Source: Azolla caroliniana (Eukaryota > Plantae > Polypodiophyta). From it: DNA of 64,000 nt. The number at the start of each line of letters is the position of its first letter. Positions within the stretch are counted from its first letter, which is position 1. Both the position numbers and the translations under genes were made by a program. The DNA lies in NCBI GenBank assembly GCA_043228905.1, contig JBHGNT010000013.1:20460001-20524000 (forward strand), read 5' to 3'. The notes under the pieces are model-generated. The model was not told the origin of the DNA and did no database searches. It saw only the letters and a list, made by a program, of their open reading frames with translations. This document shows positions 1 through 12,198 of the stretch, one piece after another.

Positions 1-162
1 TATGCACCTACTCAACTTTATTTTCTTTAACCCATAATGTTCATTACTTTGTTTTTTCTGGCGAGTACTTTTTTGAATACTTTCATATGCCTAATTGTGA
101 TATATGATGTTTCTGAGCTGTTTCTAATGAACACAACGTCATACTATGGCTGGCGGTTGCAG

Positions 163-2366
163 AAACTTATTGAACCCAAAGAGATATATGATGCCATACG
201 GGACTCACAATTGATTGGAGTAACTGGTTATTGCAAAAAGGTAAGGATGTATGTTTGTATTTATTTTGATATTCTTGTTACAAACGTACAATGTTAACTT
301 GTTCCCATGAAAAGATATATATTGTATGTCTGTTAGCTCCAATTTGCGGTCAAGTTAAGATTAATAGATACTTATTTATTTGTTTCAGTTTTTGTCTCAT
401 CTATAGGTCTATTAAGCCATTTGTTGGATCGCCAATTTGAGTTGAGTTAGCACTGTTAGCAATTTCTTATTTGTGTTTGAGATATCATTCATGGTTCGTC
501 ATCATGTCGGAAATTATGATTTATTATGAAATGCAATGGTGCTATTTTGATCTGCTTTTTGACTCTTGCATTCATCTCTTCCATTTGTATCTCGATTTGA
601 GTATCTAGTGCTTTTATAAAGCTGTAAAATTTGGATACTTTGCTCATATAAAGCTTAATAATAAAAATTGGATATTTCTTAACTTCTTCTGTGTGCTGAG
701 GTATCAAATATTTATATAGGGTCGCCCAGTATTTGCCATTGGGGTGGGACTGAGTGGCTATGACAAAGCCTCTGTAAGTTATCTTTCTTTAAAGCTCTAC
801 TTGATAGATGTGCATTTGTAAGATGCAAGCTTACTTATGGATCATACTTGGTTTCATACTACAGGTAGATAAATATGTGCAGTCACATATTCAAATCAAT
901 GAATACCGTGATCGGGTTCTGTTGGTAAGTCTTTTTGCCTTTCCTTGTTATTGGAATTATATTGTTGTTCTTTTCAGGGGGCTATATTTACTCGTCATAA
1001 ACATTCTTTCTCCATTATTTCATGAATGAATTTCATGCTTTTAAAGCAAAGTTTGGAAGATTTATGTCTACCCTTTCATGAATGTGCCAAAGTTTTTAAA
1101 GTACAATGGGAAGATTTATATTGTCTCTTCCACAAATATTCTGATCAATGGTTTTAAAGTAAGTTTGAGGATTTAGATTCACCATTTCATGAATGAGCCC
1201 TGTTTTGAAAGCAAAATCGGAAGATTTATAGTCACTATTTCATGAATGAGCCTGTTTTGAAAGCAAACCTTGAGGATTGATATTCACAAATTTGTTCACC
1301 CTTTCATGAATAAGCCCTGTTTTAAAAATAATTCTTATTTTGAGAACCTATTTTTGTGTATATGGATCAGCCACAGGCAAGCAAACGGAATGGTCGATAT
1401 GTGGGAACATGTTTAAAGATACTTGACATGAGTAGTTTGAAATTATCAGCACTCAATCGATTGAAGGTTTCATTTCTTCTTCTTCTGATTTCTATGTTTA
1501 TTTTGTCATCCTAATGTTGGTTTCACATCATATTGCTAGTCTAAATTCTTTCTCCTCTCATGCCTTTTCTGTGCAGATATTGACCGTTATTTCCACTGTT
1601 GATGACTTGAACTACCCAGAAAAGACCGACGTGTATTACATAGTCAATGCCCCATACATATTTTCAGCATGTTGGAAGGTTAGATGTATCTTCGTTAAGA
1701 ATGTATGAATTCATTACTGTGATTTATACAATATTCTAACATGTTGGATGACAAAAAATTAAGAAGAAATAAATAAGAGAGAGCAAGAGAGAAGTTTCAA
1801 ATATGTACATATTAAGAGATAGGCGATTTCAGGTTGTAAAGCCTCTTCTACAAGAAAGAACGAAAAGGAAAATACAAGTCCTAGACGGTTGTGGCAGGGA
1901 TGAGCTTCTCAAGGTATACAATATGTCAATACAAAACTATTATAGAGGCAGTTGAGTGGATAGGCACATTAGAAGCTCTATAAAACAGTTTTGACTAGTG
2001 AATCTTGTTTGACATGTCATGTAGATAATGGATTTTGATGTATTACCTCCGTTTTGCAAAATGGAGCCGAAGAAAAGCGGGTCCTCGAAAGGTGCTAGAA
2101 ATGGTGAAATTGACGATTGCTATAGTTCTACTCATTCATTTCATGTTGAACTTTGGAACTATATTAAGCAGCAATCCTATGCATCTTCCAAATGTGTTGG
2201 TCCTCTTCCACAAAAGTCATTCCATGTCGAGGTTCCTGAACCCAACGAAGAAGTGCATAGTATTGAAGTTGCACTTGAAACAGCTTTTGTTCAACTAGCT
2301 GATGAAAATGGCGATGGTGAGAATGATGTTTCGAATGGATTCTCAGGTTTACGTGTAAGAGAATGA
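163..2366 (+). CDS. SEC14/CRAL-TRIO phosphatidylinositol transfer family protein, 5'-partial
   Basis: Seven GT-AG exons in frame: 163-240, 720-773, 865-924, 1371-1466, 1577-1678, 1833-1913, 2025-2366 (TGA). Spliced peptide has CRAL-TRIO motifs GRPVFAIGVGLSGYDKAS, YVQSHIQINEYRDR, CLKILDMSSLKLSAL and DDLNYPEKTDVYYIVNAPYIFSACWKVVKPLLQERT. Upstream exons lie outside the window. Confidence 0.92.
1015..1330. repeat. Degenerate intronic tandem array, about 55-bp unit
   Basis: Recurring TTTCATGAATG...TTTT(A/G)AAAG...GAAGATTTAT blocks, 5-6 copies, inside SEC14 intron 925-1370. Confidence 0.7.
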
Positions 2367-2414
2367 CTTTCTCTCTCTCCACAATTATAACTTGGAGTGA
2401 TTCTTTGACATTTA

Positions 2415-2570
2415 CCTCCCTCTTTAGGCAATGTTTCTAACATGTTCCACCCTCTTTAGGCAAATGTTTATGTGACACATTCCTTCGGCTTTAGGCAGTG
2501 TTTTTGTGTCACATTTTCCTTCCTCTTTAGGCAATGCTTTTGTGACATAAATTGCTTCCCTCTTATTAGG
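2415..2570. repeat. Degenerate about 35-bp tandem array just downstream of the SEC14 stop
   Basis: Repeated (CCT)CTTTAGGCA(A)TG(T/C)TT...GTGACA units, 4-5 copies. Confidence 0.7.
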
Positions 2571-4196
2571 ACTTAATGAGAGGAAACATAATGAAAAGGT
2601 GTCTCCCCACGTGAACAACTTGTCGTGGGAGCAACAAGGTTCAATGAAAGATTTTGTTATCAGGACTTTTTTCTTTCAACTCACTGAGTCCACCGACAAT
2701 TTTGTGGCTCATGTAATGCAATGTTGATGATTGTCTAATAACCTCCGTATATCTTAGGAGGCACCAATTACTTTTATTGGAAAATACTTTCATTGCCAGG
2801 CAATGGTTAATTAGGAATCCCATTATAATATCTATGCTCATCTTAACAGACCTCCAATTCCAATAGTTTTTTACAGTCTATAATGGCGTCCACATTTGTG
2901 GCGATTTAGTATTTCATTGGGGATCATATCCTGCTTGCAATTCCCTAGTAATCTTTAATTTTTACTTGCAATTCTGATTATATATTTTAGGATGTTTTCA
3001 ATTACCCCAATGCCAAAAACACGTTCATTGATATTTGATGGTTGAATCATATATAGAAATAATTCCAATTCTAGTAATGAAGACAAATTCTTCTATTGTT
3101 TATTGCAGAATCTTATTCTACTTGAAATTCCTCAATAAAATCATGTGCACGTAGAGCTTATATAGGCATGATATTGAAGTGACTCATAAATAACCAAATT
3201 AGTCAATTAGTCGAGGTTTACTTTATTATTATTAATTAAGTAGTCTAAAGAACATATTAAGAAAAGGTTAACCTAATTAGATTTTATAACCCAAATTTCT
3301 GAAAGTAATTAGCTTTAAGAAATCAGTAATACTTCATTATTAAAGTAATATTTGTATTTTCTAAATTACTATGTATATATTATAGTACGACATATTTGTT
3401 AGGGATATTTGGATGTGATGTCTATAAACATCTCCAAATTTGTTAATGTTTCTCCAAACTTATGATTGTGAGTGTGACATTGTGAACCACTTCAAGAAAT
3501 CATTTCATGCCATTTCTCCTTGATTCTAATAACAAACCATTGTAACCATTTTGTTAAGTAAAATGGAGAAAAGCCTTGCTAAAGTTCAGAGGTTGAAAAC
3601 AAGACACCACATAAATTGGAAACAAACTTATCATGAACTTAGAAATTTGATAGCTATGGTGACCTAAGCAAAGATAAAGATGAAACAATTTAAATAATGG
3701 ACAAGTAGCTCTCAAATGTGCACAATTGTCTTGCAATGGGGGGTATAAGAAATGTGCTTGCAATCACAAATGAGCTCACCTAAGTTAAAACATGAGGGTT
3801 CAAGTTTTGGATCTAAATTGGACACACTCGATAATTTTCAAGTGTATGTACTTTGCGACTTTCATGTAATGATGTTAACAAACTTAAAGGAAGGCCTATT
3901 AACTTAATCAAAACATGTAGAAGACAAACTATGTTATAAGAATATGAAACACTTTTAATACTTAGACGCATGTTGAGTTGTTTCCTAGAACTTAGGTGCT
4001 TATAGTGAATATCATTTACCTATTCTTTCATAGAGCTTTAATAAACCTCACAATATTGTTATTCTCATATATGTGCTAGGATAACACTGAAGAAAAGACT
4101 TATTTTCTCAATTTATTAAAACATCATACTAATAAAAAGTTGGCAAGATTGACACCGACATGGTCTTTACTTTTTGTTTCACACAATTTTAATGAG

Positions 4197-5864
4197 CCCC
4201 ATGAGTTTTTTTATTCTCATGTTCGTGAAAAGAAACGCCTATTTGTTTAGTTGGTTAAAGTGTTGTGCTAGTAATACAGAGCCTGCCCGATGGAGACTTG
4301 TATGCGCCATTATAGAATTTGCACAAATTTTACGTTAAACTTTTTCTCAAGGGTGGACATCATAGTTGTATATAGTGATATAATATATTCAAGAGTTCAA
4401 TGAGAGCTCTAGTAATTGGGTTGGCTAAAGCTAGCCCCTTGCAAGTACATCTATACACCCCCATGAGTTTTTTATCCTCATGTTCATGAAAAGAAACACT
4501 TATTTGTTTGGTTGGTTAAAGTGTTGTGCTAGTAATACAAAGCTTGCCGATGGAGACTTGTATGGGCCATTATAGAATTTGCACAAATTTTACATTAAAC
4601 TTTTTCTCATGGGTGGACATCATAGTTGTATATAGTGATATAATATATTCAAGAGTCCCCCCCTTGTCGATCTGGATTGGGACCCAGGGGATTTCAGATG
4701 GAAACATGATGATAGACTCCATCACTTCTTCGATTACACCACTAAATTGGGTCGGACTTTGCAACTGCAGCTGGGCAGCCCCCTTCGCAATGGCTGGCGA
4801 ACATTGGGCATCCCCGATGAGGCGCTCATTACCTTTTGGAAAGGTCTCTGGTGCCTCCACATGCCTGAAAAGATCAAGCTCTTTTGGTGGCAGATCGGTC
4901 ACAATGTGATGCCCGTTGGTGAATGGCTAGGTAAACGCGATGGCCCGTTAGGCTGCCCACTGTGCTCTCAACCTATTGAGACTCTAAGACATTGTCTGTG
5001 GGATTGCCCTCAAGCTCAAAAGATCTGGGATAGAGTGACTCGCCTCCTTGCGGCATGTGAAGTTGAAGGAACAGCCTCGTGGAGCGCTGCGGCATGGATT
5101 GGTCACTCAGTCGAAGGGTGGACGGACACCGTCAATGCGGATAGTTGGTGCTATGTATGCACGAGAGGCAAAATCGTCAAGATCCGTTTCGAAAGAGGCT
5201 TGCAGCCCGCATCCCCTAGGTTTCCAGAAATCTGGATGCTGATTGCAGGTTTCACCTTGTGGTACATATGGAAAGCGCGTTGCCTCAAGGTTTTCCAAGG
5301 TACGGTACGGCCCCCGGAGGAAGTGATCATGGACATATGGTTCGCGATTATCAGCTGCCTACGAGGGCAACTGGAAGAGATTTGCAGCCACTCCAACGAC
5401 GTGATCTCTGCCCGGTTGCGCTTTTGGCAGAAATGGAGGAACACACCTATGGTGATGCAAGGCGAGAGTGGCCCGAGGTGGAATTACTAGCCCCCACGCT
5501 GGTTGTTTCCTACTCACCTGCCACCCTCTCTTCGTTGTAGGCCCCAAGAGCCAACTCATACTAGGCAACATTGAAGGCCATCGCCTTAGATATAGGTAGC
5601 TTCTTACATTAAGTTAGGCCGCAAGGCATTGTAAGTAGGCTGATCTTCTTTTACTTGATTGGAGGTAGACTCCCTGATGTGTGTATAAGTCTCCTTGTAG
5701 ACTCTCTATGTAATAATCCTTCCTAACTAATGGGAAAGTAGCTTCATTTTGGAAAAAATAAATAAATAAATAAATTATATATATATATATATATTCAAGA
5801 GTCCAATGAGAGCTCTAGTAATTGGGTTGGCTAAAGCTAGCCCCTGCGAGTACATCTATACACC
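4197..5864. repeat. 262-bp tandem duplication whose second copy is split by a LINE
   Basis: Copy 1 is 4197-4459. Copy 2 is 4459-4658 continued at 5805-5864 (AATGAGAGCTCTAGTAATTGGGTTGGCTAAAGCTAGCCCC...CATCTATACACC). The copies are nearly identical. Confidence 0.9.
4659..5788 (+). mobile_element. 5'-truncated L1-type LINE (ORF2 C-terminus with zf-RVT)
   Basis: Open frame to TAG 5490 with zf-RVT motif PEKIKLFWWQ...CPLC...ETLRHCLWDC and LWYIWKARC. Tail is GGAAAAAAT(AAAT)n(AT)n. 16-bp TSD ATATATTCAAGAGTCC at 4643-4658 and 5789-5804. More GC-rich than its flanks. Confidence 0.9.
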
Positions 5865-6599
5865 AGTGAGTTGTGCTAATAATGGTGAATTTGTTGCTTG
5901 AAAACATACATTATATGTTTAATGAAGATTGTTGAACTAGTGTTGCACACTAATACTTTGTGAGTCGCTATTTTTTCAAACATCAAAAAGATAAATTGTA
6001 GGTGTAGAATATGTAACGTGTCTAATTCCTTGGATGCATTCAAGCTCAAGCCAACCCTCTCGACTACATCTATGAGTTATTGTGTTTATGCTAATAATGA
6101 TAACTTTGTTGCTTGGAAATATTTATTGTATGCTTAATGAAGATAATATAATGTGATCATCGCAAGTAGTTCCCATGTTTATCGCCTAAAAGTAAGTTGT
6201 ACTGTAAGAATATGCATCAGATTTGTAACATTGGAGTAAATGGAAAGTAGTTTCCGATTGACAAGTGGTAGAGCATTATATTTAGACTCAATGTGTTACA
6301 TTCATGCTTTCCACACATTGTCAATTTGGTTCTCTCTCTTCATGAATTCATCTCATAACCACAATGTGTACTTTTCTTCACAACGAGTATTAGCGAAATT
6401 CTTGAGCATCAAGAGCCACTACTCAATTCCACACATAGTGTAAAACCCAAAATGTTCACTTTTGGTCAAATTTTTTACAAGTACTTAAAATATCAGTTCT
6501 AAAATGTGTCAATATTCTAAAACATATTTACTGTGTAGAACATGTGTTTTTAAAAAACTAGGCCTTAAATTTGAAGACATGCGCCACTATTGTTTACAC

Positions 6600-8330
6600 T
6601 AATGCTATAGTCAAAGTCCAAAGTCCATCTACCTCCATAATTGCATGCAAAATTTGTATCACCACCATCTTCGCAAAAAGGGAGAAAAATTTCTCAAAAT
6701 CTATATATATTTTATTGTTTGAATCCCTCGCTACCAAGTGCACTTTGTATATCATATTTGAGTTTTCCATACTCGGGTTACAATTCCACTTACATGGCAA
6801 AGCCTACGTATCATTTGGTAATTGTAGCATTACCCAAATATGATTCATGTTTATTGACTTTGTGTTCCTTTTCATGGCAAGTTCCCGCTTTGACTTGTGG
6901 TCGATCATCATAGCCTCTCTATTGCAAGATAGTTCTCCCATATCCATCAACATCACATGATCATTTCCTAGACAAAACGTGCTCAACAAATGCAATTGTA
7001 TGGAAAACCTTCTTTCTTACATATGGTTGAATGTTGGGTTCCTCTTTGTAAAACAAGCCATGATATCATTGGATCCTCTCTTATTGTTGGTGTCCATAGC
7101 CACATTAGGTCTATGTGGTTTATTGATCTCTCCTAGCACTAGTGATATGCCTTTGGTCCATTGGTGTCCTTTTCAAAATGATCAAGATCACCTTTAGTCA
7201 ATCAAATTTGCTAGATCACTCTATCATCCAATCATCTCAACAATTTTTCCTTGCTCACCACCACCATCACAATCAATACCACTTATCTAATCAATATATT
7301 TGGTTGCATGAGCTAGAGCCTTCAAATGCTTCCACTACATTACCGCCTGAAGTAGACAATCTTCATCCTTTGATCAATGGGACAAAAAGGGCAACCTTTC
7401 GGCCATGTACTCCTTTCCCTGACACCTTGATGCAACTCCCTGCAATAGAAGACTATTTCATTAATTTCAATTACGACCCTTTTTATAAGATCCCACATTC
7501 AATATCAAACATTGGCATTGGGTTCACAACCAATGGAAAATGCAGTTTCTACACTTCAATTCAAGCTTCTCTTTGAGCATATGAACATATGCTTCACAAT
7601 AAAAAAAAATCATTGATGATCATAGTCCAACATTTTCCCACTCGAAAGCTTTTTTATCCCCTTCAAGACCTTTGGTTTTCTCGATGAGAGGTTGATGATG
7701 TGGAAAATGGTATATACGACTTCAACCAAATACTCACAAGCAATATAGGCATGTTGTAACATCAACAATACATTATATTGGATTGTCTTATTCATCCTTT
7801 CTACTACATGTTGAAGTGGAGCATAGACAGTTGTGAGCTCTTATGAATCTCTCCATTTTCACTAAAAATCTAGAGTTTGTAGAAGTTGAATTCCAAACAC
7901 CCCTCTTTCCTTGTATTGTTTATGAGGGTAACAAAGAATCACACTCCTAATAATGAGACGATCGGAATTGATCCACACACGTCAAAAGTGTACCGACTAA
8001 GTAGGTCCATGGTAATTTCCGCATGCATGTTCTGGATGTTCTTTGTCTGCTTCTTAGGATACATTACTCATACACCCAAATGTTGGAAAAGGTTGGTGGG
8101 GGCTTCAGTTTCAACATTTGATTGGTTTGGCCATGTGACAATTCTTTATACGATTGATTCATCATTGTTCACATTGAGACAATATACAATGTTTCATTGG
8201 CCATTGCAACTATAAGATTCCCCTTCACAAACATTGAATGTTTGTTTGACAAATAACACATGATATCCAATTATATTAAATCAACCAACTAACAACACAC
8301 TCTTTGTTAGCTTAAGTATCCTCTCAAAAC
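6600..8330 (-). mobile_element. Decayed Ty1/copia pol remnant (integrase to RT)
   Basis: Minus-strand fragments with stops, in copia order: DVCGSIPIVSLLGV*FFVTLIN (rve start), VVERMNKTIQ...MLQHA...IINLS (rve end), KLELKCRNCIF (SH3-like), and MGELSCNREAM...ALPCKW...YKVHLVARD...IDFEKFFS (RVT_2). Confidence 0.8.
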
Positions 8331-8337
8331 ATTTCCC

Positions 8338-8466
8338 ATGTTTAGAAACCTCTAGAAGAAAAATCAATCCAATCATACTTTTCCCTTCCCTTTTCTATAA
8401 AACAAATGTTTAGAAACCTTTGGAAGAAAAATCAATCCAATCATACTTTTCCCTTCCTTTTTCTAT
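8338..8466. repeat. 68-bp direct tandem duplication
   Basis: ATGTTTAGAAACCT(C/T)T(A/G)GAAGAAAAATCAATCCAATCATACTTTTCCCTTCC occurs twice, 68 bp apart. Confidence 0.85.
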
Positions 8467-9829
8467 TGAACACGGATTACTGTTCGGATATAACCTATGC
8501 AATTTTAGTAGTGAAAATAGATTGTATGATAAAAAAGGATATTTTTTCAAATAAGACAGAACTTTAGGTAGGTTGAAACATATCCATATTGAAGAAATTG
8601 AAGACCGATTATATAATCTCTCGTTGTGTGAGCGGATTGTCGAAGTGGGAATACTTGCTCATCCAATCAATATGAAACACAATGGAGCCAATCCAATGAA
8701 TTATCTTGATTTCTGGGGGGGGGGTGCTTCTTCTAGTATCCCATACCTTAGTTGTAGCCATTTGTGAATACATTTGTTGGATGGGAGGGTCTCCCTTGTG
8801 TTAGTGAAATCTAGCCCAACCAACTATACCATAACGAGACAACTTGAGATGGAACATTTTATAAAAGGCTTCCCAATTGAGATGGAGCACCAATTCATCC
8901 TCGTATTTAAACTCTTATTATCATAAGAGTTTAATACTAGTAGGATTTTTAAATAAATGAAAACCAACCAGTTTATCAAACATCTAGATTGTGGCTAGAA
9001 TTGCTAAAGTTGTTTCCTATCTAATGCACACACACCACCCTGCATACGTTGTCCATTGAAATGAAACACATAACATGGAGGCAAGAATTTGGATATGAAT
9101 ACAAAATATGTATAGCTAACGAGTCTCAATAAGACGTGATTCAAGATTGACATCAACCTACATAAAAAAAAGGTTGTCATCATTTCTGGAAAGATAATAT
9201 AAAGGGCATCAATTTTGGCTTATTCTAGAAGAATATTCGTCGGATAACAATTTATGCACAAATAGTATTTCATAAATGGTTCCAACCAAAATACTTGCTT
9301 ACTTGCAATATAGACATTTGTTCAAAGTCGTGTAGAAGCCCCTCATTTAACTTCTTCGTGTGTAAATGTATGCACATGTAATTACAACACACAAAATGTT
9401 TCAATCCAAATTTTTTTGGAAGTTCATGGGGACCACAACAAAGTTGAACTACCACTACATGTGTCGAGATCCCAACAATCGCATTATATCTATTTAGATC
9501 GAGTCAACATGTTATCAAATGTTAAGTATAGGATAAATGTTGACCTTACAAACAAGATGATGCATGTTGCACCCTTTAAAGCGCACCAGATGATGTACAT
9601 ATACTATATATGGTCACTCAAAATTTCAAGTTCTTAGGTGTGGAGTACCATGGTGTATCAAAGTAAAAATGTGTTCAACAAGCGAATATCATGTTGTCTT
9701 TAGAATATTTACAATATGCCAAGACGTTGTTTTTTCCCGATGAGAGAAGGTGACTTCATAAAAGAGTAACTTGTTTATCTCTTGTACGTACAATTTAGTG
9801 TAATAGACCTTGTTTAATACTACATTTTA

Positions 9830-10606
9830 TTTATTTATTTATTTTTTCCTTGAAAGATTTTCTTCAATAGTATTAAAAATATCGAAAAAATACAAGTAAA
9901 AGTTATCTGCCCGTAGGCTTACAACGTAATGTATGTACACCTAAACCTGTACATACAAAAACAACTTATACAGGGTTGTTGAACCTTAAACGGTACATTA
10001 GCATGTTGGTTTTGTATCAAGAAAGGGTCCATGGAAGATGATAATTCCATTGAGGTATTTGATTTGTCACTACAAAGAGAGGCATCTTCCTCCATAAGTG
10101 AAGAATCTTCATCCGTCTTTTATGAATATATTCTGGAGAATCGCACATGTTATCATATTGCCCACGAACCACTGTCAACAATGTTTCCCATACCTCTGGA
10201 AGACCAAGCTTTGTGGCATCTTAAAGTCGACTGCATCTAAATTTCCATAATACCCATAATGTTATCGTAGTCACAGTTTTCCAGATCTTGACAGATCGCA
10301 CCTACTTTCGAGGTTGTTGAAATGGACTAACTGATATCAATCTTCTATTATGTACCGTCATGGCCTCTGTATATCATATGCCTCATAAAACATCAAGCTA
10401 GAGTGTAAAATTCCCCACACCGCTGCTCCCCATGAGAACAAGCAACCAACATTGACTGTTAGGAATAAAGAAATAACTTTATTCCATACTTGCTGAGCCA
10501 AGGGACAAGACCAAGGGGCATGCTTAGTAGTCTCCGCCATTGCATAGCAAAATCCACATTCCCTGAGATTATGTGCTACATTCCCTTTTAATGTCTGGCC
10601 AACTAG
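9830..10606 (-). mobile_element. Older 5'-truncated L1-type LINE with TSD
   Basis: Minus strand reads CGFC..AETTKHAPWSCPLAQQVW (zf-RVT) and IWKTVTTITLWVLWKFRC, with stops. Tail GGAAAAAAT(AAAT)n near 9830-9849. 15-bp TSD TAATACTACATTTTA at 9815-9829 and 10607-10621, a TT/AAAA-type target on the minus strand. Confidence 0.85.
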
Positions 10607-11552
10607 TAATACTACATTTTAAAATAAGAGTGGAGGCAAAAGAATTAGTTACGAGCAAATATGATACCCACCAAATGACTATGAGCTCAAATTCAATGAG
10701 CAATATATGTTGTCTATGCTTTTTATTTACATGTAAGTATAGATTGACACATATGTGATATTCGAATGCCCCACGAATGTGAATATGTCAATCTATGCTT
10801 GTAAGCTTGTGTTAAGTTATGGATCCACTATTGAATTGCTCAAAGATCATTGTTGCCATTTCTAATTGGATCCTTTCCAACAAAAACTAACAAATGCGCC
10901 ACTTCTACTAAAATCAATAAATAATACAATTAAAAAACCCTCGCTCGCATCTTGGAAAAATGGTGAGCATGAAACTTTACGTAATTCAAAAGGGTGGTGC
11001 TTACCCTGACTATAAAAAACAAATTCAAGATAATGGTGGTTATCAAATGCCATCAAATGAATGTATCTTGGTATTCTAATTATGAAACAAACATTTAAAA
11101 ACAAATGCAGTAGTGTTTTATTGGAGGATGGAAAATAGCGTATTAACATACAACATATTGAATTGTTTTTGTTTCCCATGTCCATTGGTTTCCTTTTTCA
11201 ATAACTCAACCTAATTCACAAATACAATGATCTCTTCCTAAAATTTAAATGATATATGTATAGTCATGATATTAAATGTCAATAGTTCATGAAATTATCC
11301 TTTTTTGCATCGTTCTAAAAATACAACATGGTTTTCAATATGACCACACACATTGCATTATTGTGCAACTTCATATTACTAAACTGATGAACATTAAACA
11401 AATAAATTTGTAGTTTAATTCGATGTTCAAGACTTGACAAATGTGTATGTAATTGGTCTACATACAATACAATACAATACAATACAAGACTGAAAACTGT
11501 TGGCACACACAATTGCATCAATTTAGACCCCTATATATATATATATATAATG

Positions 11553-11816
11553 CATAGTACGTAATACACTCGAATGCATCGGCAAACATTCATTTCCATA
11601 CGAATGCGTATGTTATCAAAACATTCGTACGTTTATTATTATTATTACAAGTTTTACCTGAACTTTCTTACCTTGAAAAAGACTTTAATGTTTACAATAA
11701 ATAATGAATACAAAAGTATGTATGGTATTTACCATACGTTGAGGGTGTTTTCCATACTCGAGAAAGGATTGAAACATTCGTGAATGCGAATGCATGCACG
11801 TATGCTTCATACTATG
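11553..11816. mobile_element. hAT-superfamily MITE (264 bp)
   Basis: TIRs CATAGTACG / CATACTATG. 8-bp TSD ATATAATG at 11545-11552 and 11817-11824. Internal repeated GAATGC/CATTCG motifs; non-coding. Confidence 0.85.
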
Positions 11817-11869
11817 ATATAATGAATGTTTAAGATGGACGATGAAGAAAACAGAATGTCATGCGTGCG

Positions 11870-12085
11870 TTGTCACGTGCCGCACGTGTGGAGAGTAGGC
11901 CCCCCCCCATCTCTTCATTTATGACCACATCACGTGACAGCACTTTGACCCATTTTGCTCGTGAGAAGATCCGCTTCCGTTTCCTCCACGAAACAAGCAA
12001 CCCCCCCCAAGAAAGCAAAATACAGTGCGAGAGAATAAAGCCTGCTCCCTTTTTAAAACCCTAACCCTAACCCTAACCCTAAAAA
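11870..12085 (+). promoter_or_regulatory. PFK proximal promoter: three G-boxes (CACGTG) and a telo-box/(CCCTAA)4 tract
   Basis: CACGTG near 11874, 11883 and 11931. AAAACCCTAACCCTAACCCTAACCCTAA at 12055-12082. A CT-rich leader precedes ATG 12199. Confidence 0.6.
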
Positions 12086-12198
12086 CTCGGTTTCCTGAAC
12101 GCAAATACAGCGCTCTTCAGTTCTTCTGTAGTTGTCTCCCTCTCCCTCTCTCTGTCTCTGTCTCTCTCTTTCTTTGTGCGCACCTGTAATAATATCCA

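Noticed and set aside
8573-8830. Possible hAT dimerisation-domain remnant
   Set aside because: Only vague similarity to the WW...CERNWS motif; too decayed to support.
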